Positions 16,791 to 25,290 of a stretch of DNA of 30,506 nt are shown in pieces. Source of the stretch: Dehalococcoidia bacterium (lineage in GTDB: Bacteria; Chloroflexota; Dehalococcoidia; Lucifugimonadales; VXLM01); contig OY759598.1 in NCBI GenBank assembly GCA_963662435.1, positions 682,001 through 712,506 on the forward strand. Direction: 5' to 3'. Below the pieces are notes generated by a model. That model searched no databases, was not told where the DNA came from, and saw only the letters and a program-made list of their open reading frames with translations. Position 1 is the first letter of the stretch, and every line of letters starts with the position of its first letter. The position numbers were made by a program, and so were the translations under genes.

Positions 16791-17645
16791 ATGAACTACT
16801 TACTAGCGACGGCAATTTTGGTTCTACTGTCAATGGGATGCTCGTCGCCCTCCGTGCCGGCAACACCTACCCCTACGTCGACACCCGCGGTGCCGACATC
16901 AACCGCGACTCCTACGCTCACACCTACGGCGACACCCGCGCCGACATCAACCGCGACACCTACGTCGATACCTACGCCGACATCAACCGCGACACCTACG
17001 CCTAGTGTACGGGTCATCTATGCGATACCATCCGACCGCGAGCGGAGACAGGACTTCGAGACGGCCATACGCGACGCCATATACCACGTGCGCTCATGGT
17101 ACGCGGCGCAGCTCGACGGGCAGACCTTTGCGATAGAGGGCCCGGCACCACGGCTTTGCGACCTGCCGATGGAAGCGGCGCATTATAAAGACGAAGCAGG
17201 ATGGTCTTACGCGGACTCTGGTTGGAGTCGGATTCTGAACGACTTGCAGGACTGCGTTGCGATTGACCGGACGGCGCTCTATGCCGTATGGGTGGTCTAT
17301 CCCGATGTGGATTTCAACTGCGAAGGGTCGTCTTTGGGCAGGGGTGGCCGTGGCCTCACCATGTTGCATCGCGGAGACTTAGAGGGGCTGGTAGACCCTA
17401 TGGGCCACGTACAATGCGGGTCGCCCCCGCGCGGTGAATACGGGTGGGTCGGCGGTCTCGCGCACGAGTTGGGACACGCCTTCGGACTTCCGCATCCTCC
17501 GGGATGCGATGAGAATTTGGATTCGTGCGACTTCGACGCACTGATGAAGTGGGGTTACTATTGGGACTTCCCGGCGACCTATCTCACCGAGTCCGGTAAG
17601 ACACATCTTTTGTCCTCTCCGTTTTTCCATCAGCGGCAGGAGTAG
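16791..17645 (+). CDS. Lipoprotein zinc metalloprotease (metzincin) with a Pro/Thr-rich linker
   Basis: Signal peptide with lipobox LSMGC, PT repeats, HELGHAFGLPH (HExxHxxGxxH), Met-turn ALMK. Confidence 0.85.
   Translation: MNYLLATAILVLLSMGCSSPSVPATPTPTSTPAVPTSTATPTLTPTATPAPTSTATPTSIPTPTSTATPTPSVRVIYAIPSDRERRQDFETAIRDAIYHVRSWYAAQLDGQTFAIEGPAPRLCDLPMEAAHYKDEAGWSYADSGWSRILNDLQDCVAIDRTALYAVWVVYPDVDFNCEGSSLGRGGRGLTMLHRGDLEGLVDPMGHVQCGSPPRGEYGWVGGLAHELGHAFGLPHPPGCDENLDSCDFDALMKWGYYWDFPATYLTESGKTHLLSSPFFHQRQE
16863..17002 (+). repeat. Coding imperfect tandem repeats (PTSTATPT linker)
   Basis: GCCGACATCAACCGCGAC at 16892, 16940 and 16976, all in frame. Confidence 0.85.
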
Positions 17646-17654
17646 CAGCGGAGC

Positions 17655-18290
17655 ATGGCGCATATTGTCGTAGCGATTCCGGCGGTCGAGGACTCCGACC
17701 TACCGGAGACTCTGAGGCACCTGTACGCCCTTAGTAGCCGTCAACATGAGTTGACCGTCGTGGTTCACGAGCAATGTTCGACGCACGGACAACTGGCGGC
17801 GGACGAGCTGCCATGGCACGTGCCTTGGTACGATGCGGATCGGCATCGGTACATCTATCTCCATAGCGGTGAAGCACGAGGATACTGGCCTGCCCGACGT
17901 CACATTTCGTCGCACTTGCGGGAGCAAGACATCACGGGCGACTATGGTATGGTCATCGACTCCCACACGCGCTTTCGAGCGAATTGGGACAACGACCTAA
18001 TTACCCTTCATAGTCGTGCGCGCCACGTAGCATGGCTTGGGCAGACTACTACCGATGCCGTGAAGCTAGCTGACACCCCTTCTCGCGCGCGTCTCTTGCA
18101 CGCCGGTAAAGTCGATACGCTAATTCCCGTCAGTACCGAAGGCACCCCACGCTTGAAGAATCGAACCCCCAGCGGCAAGGCAAGGGCGCTGTGTCTGGTA
18201 CCTTACCGGTTGAGTATGGCCTTCTTGCGTGGGGAATACCTTACTTGTTTGGTACTCCAGAGCCAATCCTATTCCTTCCAAGAGGACTGA
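17655..18290 (+). pseudogene. Truncated GT-A glycosyltransferase (GlcNAc-transferase-like)
   Basis: IVVAIPAVED..LPETL and YGMVIDSHTRFRANWDNDLI motifs; family resemblance is lost after about 18020. Confidence 0.55.
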
Positions 18291-18638
18291 AACCGTCGTA
18301 CCTTACCACTGAGGTGTATAGTCTAAACTTCGAGGAGTTGCCGAAGTTTGCATCTGCCCGACAGCCCCTCAGTAGCTCTAAGTCTTTATTATCAGGCATG
18401 ATGCAACTCCTTTCGCGGCGGCGCAGGGGGACTTTCGCGTCGCCACATCAAACCTTCATTTCTTTGTATCTTATTCCACGACCCTTACACGCGCTTCGTG
18501 CGCTTGCTTGTTACAGGTCAGTGGATTGCGTACCCTACAATGCAACATAACCGACAGACTAGCACTATTGCTAAAGTCATTGCCGAAGGCCATAATGTAA
18601 GGCTATTGGCCACTCTTTGAGGTAAGGGGGCATTTTCA

Positions 18639-18872
18639 ATGTTTGAATCCAGCATAACCGTGAAGGGCCAAACCACGTTGCCAAAGGGCGTCAGGGATTC
18701 TCTGGCGGTCAAGGCAGGGGATAAGGTCCGCTATGTCATCGTGGACGAGGGAGTGCTGATAATGCCCGTGCGGTCCACCAGCCGACTGTTCGGTAGCCTC
18801 AAGTATGACGGCCCGCCGGTGAGCTTGGAAGACATGGACCGTGCCATCGCGGAGGGGGCAATCGAAGAATGA
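18639..18872 (+). CDS. vapB: AbrB/MazE/SpoVT-type antitoxin
   Basis: SSITVKGQTTLPKGVRDSLAVKAGDKVRY swapped-hairpin signature; ATGA overlap with the PIN gene. Confidence 0.9.
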   Translation: MFESSITVKGQTTLPKGVRDSLAVKAGDKVRYVIVDEGVLIMPVRSTSRLFGSLKYDGPPVSLEDMDRAIAEGAIEE

Positions 18873-19285
18873 CCGCGCTCGACACCAATGTGATTGTGCG
18901 CTTCCTCGTAGGCGACGATGCCGAACACGCCAAAGCTGCCCGTGCGTTGCTGGACGGGTTGACCCCCGGCAATCCTGGCTTCATCTGCCGCGAGGTCGTG
19001 ATTGAGGTCGCCTGGGTACTGGAACGGAGCTACCGCTTCACACGAACCCGAGTCGCGGAGGCATTGATGGACCTAACAGCATCGGACAGTCTCGTCGTCG
19101 AGAATTCTGATGACGTCGCTGTAGCTGCACATCGCTATCGGCAAGGAGGCGCCGGGTTTTCGGACTTGATGATACTTACAGCGGCCGAACGGGCAGGAGC
19201 GACGCCCCTTTACACCTTTGACCGCAGACTTGCCAGGATGCAGGGAGCACTCTTGGTGGAGAAGCCTGAAGGTAAGTCGTCATGA
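18869..19285 (+). CDS. vapC: PIN-domain toxin
   Basis: ALDTNVIVRFL, VVIEVAWVL, GFSDLMI, LYTFDRRL. Confidence 0.92.
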   Translation: MTALDTNVIVRFLVGDDAEHAKAARALLDGLTPGNPGFICREVVIEVAWVLERSYRFTRTRVAEALMDLTASDSLVVENSDDVAVAAHRYRQGGAGFSDLMILTAAERAGATPLYTFDRRLARMQGALLVEKPEGKSS

Positions 19286-19452
19286 AGGACTCACAGAGAT
19301 CTGACCACGTGAGTCTCGCCAACATGGTCGGTCATTTGCGCGAGGGGCGGTACATGATCCCCGATTTCCAGCGTGACTTTGATTTAGATCTGTGGGACAT
19401 CAAAGAACTAATGAGATCCATCTTACGCGATTACGGTCAAGTGGGATTGTGA
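19282..19452 (+). pseudogene. N-terminal remnant of a DUF262 (GmrSD-type) protein
   Basis: MKDSQRSDHVSLANMVGHLREGRYMIPDFQRDFDLDLWDIKELMRSILRDY, then truncation. IPxFQR motif; ATGA overlap with vapC. Confidence 0.7.
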
Positions 19453-19492
19453 GCCTTCCATCCGATAGGAGTAAGTGGGCTAGTTAGGTAGT

Positions 19493-22384
19493 ATGCCGCG
19501 ACAGACAGAACCGAACGCCAACAACGTCTTGGGCGACCTGCTGCGAGGCATGATGCCGGGCTGTGAGGTCCGCTCTGAGAATACCCAGACTTTCCCTGAC
19601 TATCCGGGCCGCCATGCCGACGTGCTGATTGCCGCCCCTGGCCGCTCACCTGTAGTAGTAGAAGCCGAATACGAGCCGGCCGCTGAGGTGGAGAGAGACG
19701 CCTCCGAACGGTTGGGGCTTCTCGTGGAGGGCCAACCACGAGCGGTCGAAGCCGCCATAGCCGTGCGCTACCCGAAGGTTGTGGAGGATGCCTATGATGT
19801 GCGCCAGGTCCTCTCCGAAGCTCGTCTCTCTTACTACGTCCTGCACCAAGACGGCAGTCGGTTTCCCGAATCGGGGTGGCTGGAAGGTTCAGCAACCGAC
19901 TTGGCTGACCTTGCACGTTTGGTATCCGTCCCCCAGAAAGCCGTGGAGCAGGCTGCTGACACGCTTGAGCAAGGCATCGGGCAGGCCGCCAACCGTTTGG
20001 AGGAAATGGCGAAGCTGCGCCCCAACGTAACCCCCGTCATTGCCCGGCTGTTGGGAATGAGCGACGTTCCTCAGACCCGCCGCATGGCCTGCGCCATTAT
20101 CGCCAACGCAATGGTCTTCCACCAGCGCATCGCGGGGATGCACCAAGAGGTGAAACCCCTGCGCTTGGTGTGCGGTCCCAGCGTTACAAACCCCCAGAGC
20201 GAGACGCTAGCGGCTTGGGAAGACATCCTCAAGATCAACTACTGGCCCATCTTTGCCATAGCCAAGGACATCTTGGAGCAGCTTCCCGGAGACGTTGCCA
20301 CTAGCGCCATGCGGGAGTTGCTGGAGACTGCACAGGAAGTTGAAGCCACCGGCGTCGACAACGCCCACGACCTGACCGGGCGCATCTTCCAACGGCTGAT
20401 CGCCGACCGGAAGTACCTGGCCACTTTCTACACCCTGCCAGCGTCCGCTGCGCTGTTAGCGCGTCTGGCCGTGGCCAAGATGGACGGCGTGGACTGGGCC
20501 GACGCCGAGGCCATCGGCAGGCTCCGCATCGGGGATTTCGCCTGCGGCACCGGCGCCTTGCTGTCGGCGGTGTACGAGCAAGTTGCTTCCCACCACGAGC
20601 GCGCCGGGGGTGATTCCGCGGCCCTGCATTCTGTGATGATCGAGGAGGTCCTGTACGGCTGCGACGTCATGCCCTCGGCCATTCACATCACCGGCTCCAC
20701 CCTGTCCGGTATGCGGCCCAACGTGGGATTTAAGCAGTCCCGTCTCTACACCTTACCGTATGGTGAGTTGGGGGACGGCAGCGTAGCCATCGGCTCCCTG
20801 GATCTGTTGACTTCAGATTCGCAGTTGACGCTAGCAAACTTCAGCGATCCTGCACTGCGCACAGGAAGCGTTGGAGAAGAGACTGCGGCTCAGGTCACCC
20901 TCGACATTCCCCATGTGGGATTTGACCTAGTGATTATGAACCCGCCGTTCACTCGAAACACTACGAATGAAGGTGAACACGCTGGCGAGTTCAATTCTGC
21001 CTTCGCTGCCTTCGATACCACCGACGAAACTCAGAGGGCAATGAGTAGGCGAATGGCCATCCTCAAGAAGGGCACGTGTTACCACGGAAACGCTGGTTTG
21101 GCATCGGCCTTCGCAGCGCTAGGTGACAAGAAGCTTAAGCCTGGCGGTGTATTGGCCTTGGTTCTGCCACTGTCAACTGCGTCTGGGCTGTCATGGAAAG
21201 AATTCCGAAAGATGCTAGCGACCGACTACACTGATTTGACGGTCTTGAGCCTCGCGGCCAATGGCAAGGAGATGTCTTTCTCATCCGACACGGGGATGGG
21301 AGAATGCCTGATAGTCGCTCGGAAGCGCTTAGAGGACGACCCCGGAGCGCGCCGAGCGCAGTTTGTGTCTCTTCGACATCGACCCAAGGGGTTCGCACAA
21401 GCCAGCACCATGGCAATTGGCATCATGGATCGTGATACTGTGCGACGTATCGAGGACGGGCCCTATGGAGGGGCACACCTTCTCGTAGGGGGCGACAAGG
21501 TTGGCGAGACGCTGACGGCCAAGCCGCCAAGAGGAGAGGATAGTTGGGGCGGAGTCCGTGTTCTGGACTACTCTCTAGCCCAAACTGCCTACGCCCTAAT
21601 AAGCTCTGACTTATGGCTTCCTGCAAAGAAGCCACAGAAGCTGAACATGACCTTGCTAGGGAAGATGAGCAGGATTGGACTGCATCATCGAGACATTACA
21701 GGGCCAACCCCAAGAGGCCCATTTACAAAGGCTGCGCCTAGTCCGACTGCCACTTATCCGTCACTATGGAATCACGATGCTAAGGAAGAAACCAGGATCG
21801 TGTGCTCACCGGATGCCCAGTTACTGGTAAAGATTGGGATGGAAGACAAAGCAGATAGGCTTTGGTCAGTCGCTAGTCGGACACACCTAAATGCAGAGTT
21901 TACATTTGGTTCTCAGCCTCTCGCTGTTGCCTTCACAGAGTTCAGGACCATGGGAGGCAGGGTATGGCCCAATGTGAAGCTCTCTGATCAGCGGTTCGAT
22001 TACGCTTTCGCCGTTTGGGGCAATAGCACGATGGGCCTATTGTCGTACTGGTGGCACACAAGTCGACAACAGTCTAGCAAAGCTACTACTTCATTGGGCT
22101 CTGCGAAGACGTTGCCGGTGCTTGACTTCCGCGCCCTGAGCGATGAGCAGTTGCTCATGGCGGAAGTGATCTTCGAAGAGTTCCGGGACAAGGAGTTGAA
22201 GCCTGCCTACCTTGCAGACGCTGACCCGAACCGTGCGTTGCTGGACAGGCGAGTGATCTGTGAGCTCCTGGGCTTCGACGAGGAGACCTACGAAGCCGTG
22301 CGCCGCTTGGCCGCCAAATGGTGCGCCGAGCCATCGGTGCATGGCGGCAAGGCGCGACCAAACGATGCCAAGCTGGTCAACTGA
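19493..22384 (+). CDS. Type IIG-like restriction-modification fusion (putative nuclease, gamma-class m6A MTase, specificity region)
   Basis: N-terminal HADVLI..VVVEAEY, FYTLP, motif I GDFACGTGALL, motif IV MNPPF, long C-terminal TRD-like region. AGGAG RBS. Confidence 0.8.
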   Translation: MPRQTEPNANNVLGDLLRGMMPGCEVRSENTQTFPDYPGRHADVLIAAPGRSPVVVEAEYEPAAEVERDASERLGLLVEGQPRAVEAAIAVRYPKVVEDAYDVRQVLSEARLSYYVLHQDGSRFPESGWLEGSATDLADLARLVSVPQKAVEQAADTLEQGIGQAANRLEEMAKLRPNVTPVIARLLGMSDVPQTRRMACAIIANAMVFHQRIAGMHQEVKPLRLVCGPSVTNPQSETLAAWEDILKINYWPIFAIAKDILEQLPGDVATSAMRELLETAQEVEATGVDNAHDLTGRIFQRLIADRKYLATFYTLPASAALLARLAVAKMDGVDWADAEAIGRLRIGDFACGTGALLSAVYEQVASHHERAGGDSAALHSVMIEEVLYGCDVMPSAIHITGSTLSGMRPNVGFKQSRLYTLPYGELGDGSVAIGSLDLLTSDSQLTLANFSDPALRTGSVGEETAAQVTLDIPHVGFDLVIMNPPFTRNTTNEGEHAGEFNSAFAAFDTTDETQRAMSRRMAILKKGTCYHGNAGLASAFAALGDKKLKPGGVLALVLPLSTASGLSWKEFRKMLATDYTDLTVLSLAANGKEMSFSSDTGMGECLIVARKRLEDDPGARRAQFVSLRHRPKGFAQASTMAIGIMDRDTVRRIEDGPYGGAHLLVGGDKVGETLTAKPPRGEDSWGGVRVLDYSLAQTAYALISSDLWLPAKKPQKLNMTLLGKMSRIGLHHRDITGPTPRGPFTKAAPSPTATYPSLWNHDAKEETRIVCSPDAQLLVKIGMEDKADRLWSVASRTHLNAEFTFGSQPLAVAFTEFRTMGGRVWPNVKLSDQRFDYAFAVWGNSTMGLLSYWWHTSRQQSSKATTSLGSAKTLPVLDFRALSDEQLLMAEVIFEEFRDKELKPAYLADADPNRALLDRRVICELLGFDEETYEAVRRLAAKWCAEPSVHGGKARPNDAKLVN

Positions 22385-22472
22385 CTGTGTTGGATTGGCC
22401 AAGACCCAAGCGAGTGTCCAACGTCCATAGGCAATTGGACGCCACAAGAGTGAGTGACTCGGTAGGTGAGGG

Positions 22473-23345
22473 ATGATAAGCGGGTCTGTGAATGAGAATC
22501 TCCTTCCAATGGTGCCGGTCAATGTCAAGAAAGTGGACGGGGGTTGGCAGGAGCTTAGCATCCTTTTGGACACCGGATCCGAATTCGGATTTATGCTCGC
22601 AGAGACTACTGCAAATGAACATGGCATCGCCGTTAGGTATAACCGCGATTCGCCAGCATCTATTGGCCCCATTCTGCGTCCTGGCGATTCAATGCCCATG
22701 CCTCCCCTTTGGGTTAAATTACAATTGGAAGGAATCCCAAGGGTAGTAGAGATTAAGATCCTTAAGACCGATGACTTCGCGGGCGTCATCGGCCCAAGCT
22801 TGTTGTTGGATCGACGGATAACCATTGATGTGGTGAGAAACGGACCTGTCGAGATAGACCAGATACCCCCACCTACCTTTCTTGATCGCATCCGATGTCT
22901 GATTCTCAAGCACGAGCGGCAACGGCCTTCCCTCAAATACGGTTGGCAGCTACCTTGGATAGATGTAGCAATCAGAGACAGTAAAGGTAAATGGCGGTGC
23001 TTCAGTGCGAATGTGGACACGGGAAACAGCGAACAATTGAGCTTGCCCCCGAGCTACGTTGAGAGATTCGGCCTTCGCCTTCCCGACAAGTGCTGGGTGA
23101 ATACTTCCGATGGTCCTATAAATGCGAGTTGCGGTGAAGTGGAGATGTTCTGGCAAGGGAGCCCATGCACCGTTCAATGCATCCAACATCAGCAAGGAAA
23201 ACCACCACTCATAGGTATGAAGCTGTTGAGCGGCAACCGAATCACTATTGACGTTGAAGTTGATTATGTGCCGCCGCGTGTCGAGATTGCTCGCATACCG
23301 CGGTCAGCAAGGACCCGCCAAGGACCCGGTAAACAAGATCGGTGA
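22473..23345 (+). CDS. Tandem clan AA (retropepsin-like) aspartic protease
   Basis: Two repeats: LLDTGS..VIGPSLL..RITIDV and NVDTGN..LIGMKLL..RITIDV. Confidence 0.8.
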   Translation: MISGSVNENLLPMVPVNVKKVDGGWQELSILLDTGSEFGFMLAETTANEHGIAVRYNRDSPASIGPILRPGDSMPMPPLWVKLQLEGIPRVVEIKILKTDDFAGVIGPSLLLDRRITIDVVRNGPVEIDQIPPPTFLDRIRCLILKHERQRPSLKYGWQLPWIDVAIRDSKGKWRCFSANVDTGNSEQLSLPPSYVERFGLRLPDKCWVNTSDGPINASCGEVEMFWQGSPCTVQCIQHQQGKPPLIGMKLLSGNRITIDVEVDYVPPRVEIARIPRSARTRQGPGKQDR

Positions 23346-23417
23346 GTTGGCTCGCGACCTTAGCGGTGGCAACAAGCTTCGTGTATCAGAATTGACCCAC
23401 TTTCCTGCTCTCGACAC

Positions 23418-25109
23418 ATGGCTTTTTCCGAACGACAGCTGCTCGACGCCCTCAGCCGCACGCCGTTCATCGATTCGATGGACCTGGCGCTCATCCTGGG
23501 TGAGCCACACACCACAGTCCACCGCGTCCTGACCGAACTGCTGGCCGATGGCATCGCCGAGCGGGCGAGTCACGGCGCCGTACATCTGCCGTCGAGCCAG
23601 AGATACCACCTGACGGCCAACGGCATCAGAGAAGCCGCCCATGCGCTCGACTTCGAAACACCCTCGGACTTCGCGAGAGCCTACCCCATGTCCAAGGAGT
23701 GGTTGACGCTGCTCATCCGCAGGATGGACGCGGTGGCCTCTGTCTATCGTCTCGCCGCCACCATGTCCCCCGGCACGGACGGTCTCCGGTCCGGCGTGGA
23801 GTTCCACCGCCGGGGCCGATTCGACGCCACCATCACTCTCCACCACGGCCGCAGCTTCGGCATCGTGCGCCAGGGTTTCGCCCTGCGGCGCCGCTCTCTC
23901 TACGACCGGCTGAGGGCCATAGCGGAGTACGACTACAGCCAACGTCCCGGCACCGTCTTGGTCCTTGTGCCCAGCGTATAGGAGGAGAGGCTGACAACGA
24001 GGTTCTGCGGCGACCGGAACATCGACGACTGCTACATTGCCGTGGAGTCTAGGGACGCGCTGGAAAGACGAGACCTTCGCATCTGGTGCAGCGCCTCGTG
24101 GGTGATCGGCAGCAGGTTCTTCTCGCTGAAGGGAGTGATCTCCCGCAGCAGCCCCGGAGGAGGGCCTCGCACCCAGTCGCCGGAGCGGAAGCGTGCCTCC
24201 CTGCCCCGTCCCGAGCGCATGGCGCAGGCTGCGCCGGCCTTCGGCATCAGCCCGGCTGAGAAGCGGACGCTCGACGTCATCACTGACCACCCGATGATCC
24301 CCCGTGAGCACCTTGCCCTCTGGCTCGGAGTCTCCGAGGGTCGTGTTAGCCAGATGATGCGCAGCCTCGTCGAGCGCCGGGGCAAACGCGGAGACACCCG
24401 CTACACGCTGTCCGCCGAGGGCATTCGGTACGTCACTCATCGGGATCGCGCCTAGCTTCCGACCACGCGGGGCATCTGGAGCACGGCCCTCTCCACTGAC
24501 AAACAGGGCCGGATACGACACGTGGGCCACCGCATCGAGACGTGGGCTAGGCAGACGAAGCACGCCGACGGCATCGCGTGGTTCCTCTCGAAGCTGGAGA
24601 CGGAGACCCGGGCCGACCCCGACGGCGAACTCCAGTGGTCCGTCCCCACCGCTAGGTCCGACCGCGCCTACAACTAGGGGGATTCCGCCATCGCCCCCGA
24701 CGCCGTGGGGCACCTGATCGCCGGGGGCCTCCACGTGCCGTTCTACCTCGAGCACGAGCTTCGCGCCCGTCACCCCAGGGGAGTCGCAGCCCGCTTGCGT
24801 CCTTATGAGCGCTACTACTATTCAACCGAGCACGAGGATGACCAGCCGCCCTTCCCCATCACGCTGTTCGTCGTGGACACCGAGGAGGTCGAGGACACCT
24901 ATGTGAGCACCGCCGCCCGCATGACCAGGATGTCACTGCCCATTCTTGTGTCGTGCATCCCCGTGCTGTCGACCACGGGAATACTGGGACCGTCCTGGCG
25001 TCCATTGTGGGAACCGGAGTCACCGAGGCTGCACCTGTCAGCCCTTGCCAACTACCAATGGGACAGCCTCTACCACCGGATGCGTCATCGTCCTGTAGGG
25101 GGGCGATAG
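23418..25109 (+). pseudogene. Replication-relaxation-family (PD-(D/E)xK) protein with HTH, interrupted by three in-frame TAG codons
   Basis: One continuous frame from 23418 to 25109 with TAG at 23979, 24453 and 24675. N-terminal wHTH-like region; C-terminal APDAVG..FYLEHE..LRPYERYY. Confidence 0.7.
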
Positions 25110-25130
25110 TCCTATAGGGGGTGATACGTC

Positions 25131-25153
25131 GATAGCGATCTGTCATCGCTATC
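25131..25153. terminator. Perfect 9-bp hairpin between convergent genes
   Basis: GATAGCGAT-CTGTC-ATCGCTATC. No clear U-tract, so it could instead be a protein-binding or origin element. Confidence 0.4.
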
Positions 25154-25290
25154 TGCCCTCGGCTTTGCTCCAAAAGTACAGTCTGTCGCAAAAGTCCGCG
25201 ATCTGATACAAAGTAGGCGATCTTCGAACCTCGACCTAAGCCAAGACCCCTTTTGTTGTCCTGATTGTTCTCAGTTAGATGTATCGCCAG

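Noticed and set aside
16863..17002. Repeats resembling a mini CRISPR array
   Set aside because: Unequal in-frame spacing (48 and 36 bp), self-similar spacers, encodes a Pro/Thr linker, and no cas genes.
1786..17645. Genome-wide TAG reassignment
   Set aside because: TAG ends the IS1595 transposase, NurA, HEPN and metalloprotease genes at plausible positions; NurA read-through would run far into herA.
18241..18399. 52-aa minus-strand ORF with an AAAGGAG RBS (MPDNKDLELL...)
   Set aside because: No recognisable motif; may be a decayed gene start.
22091..23020. 309-aa minus-strand ORF
   Set aside because: Lies antisense across two well-supported genes; no motifs.
23304..24773. 489-aa minus-strand ORF
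   Set aside because: Antisense shadow of the GC-rich replication-relaxation gene; no motifs.
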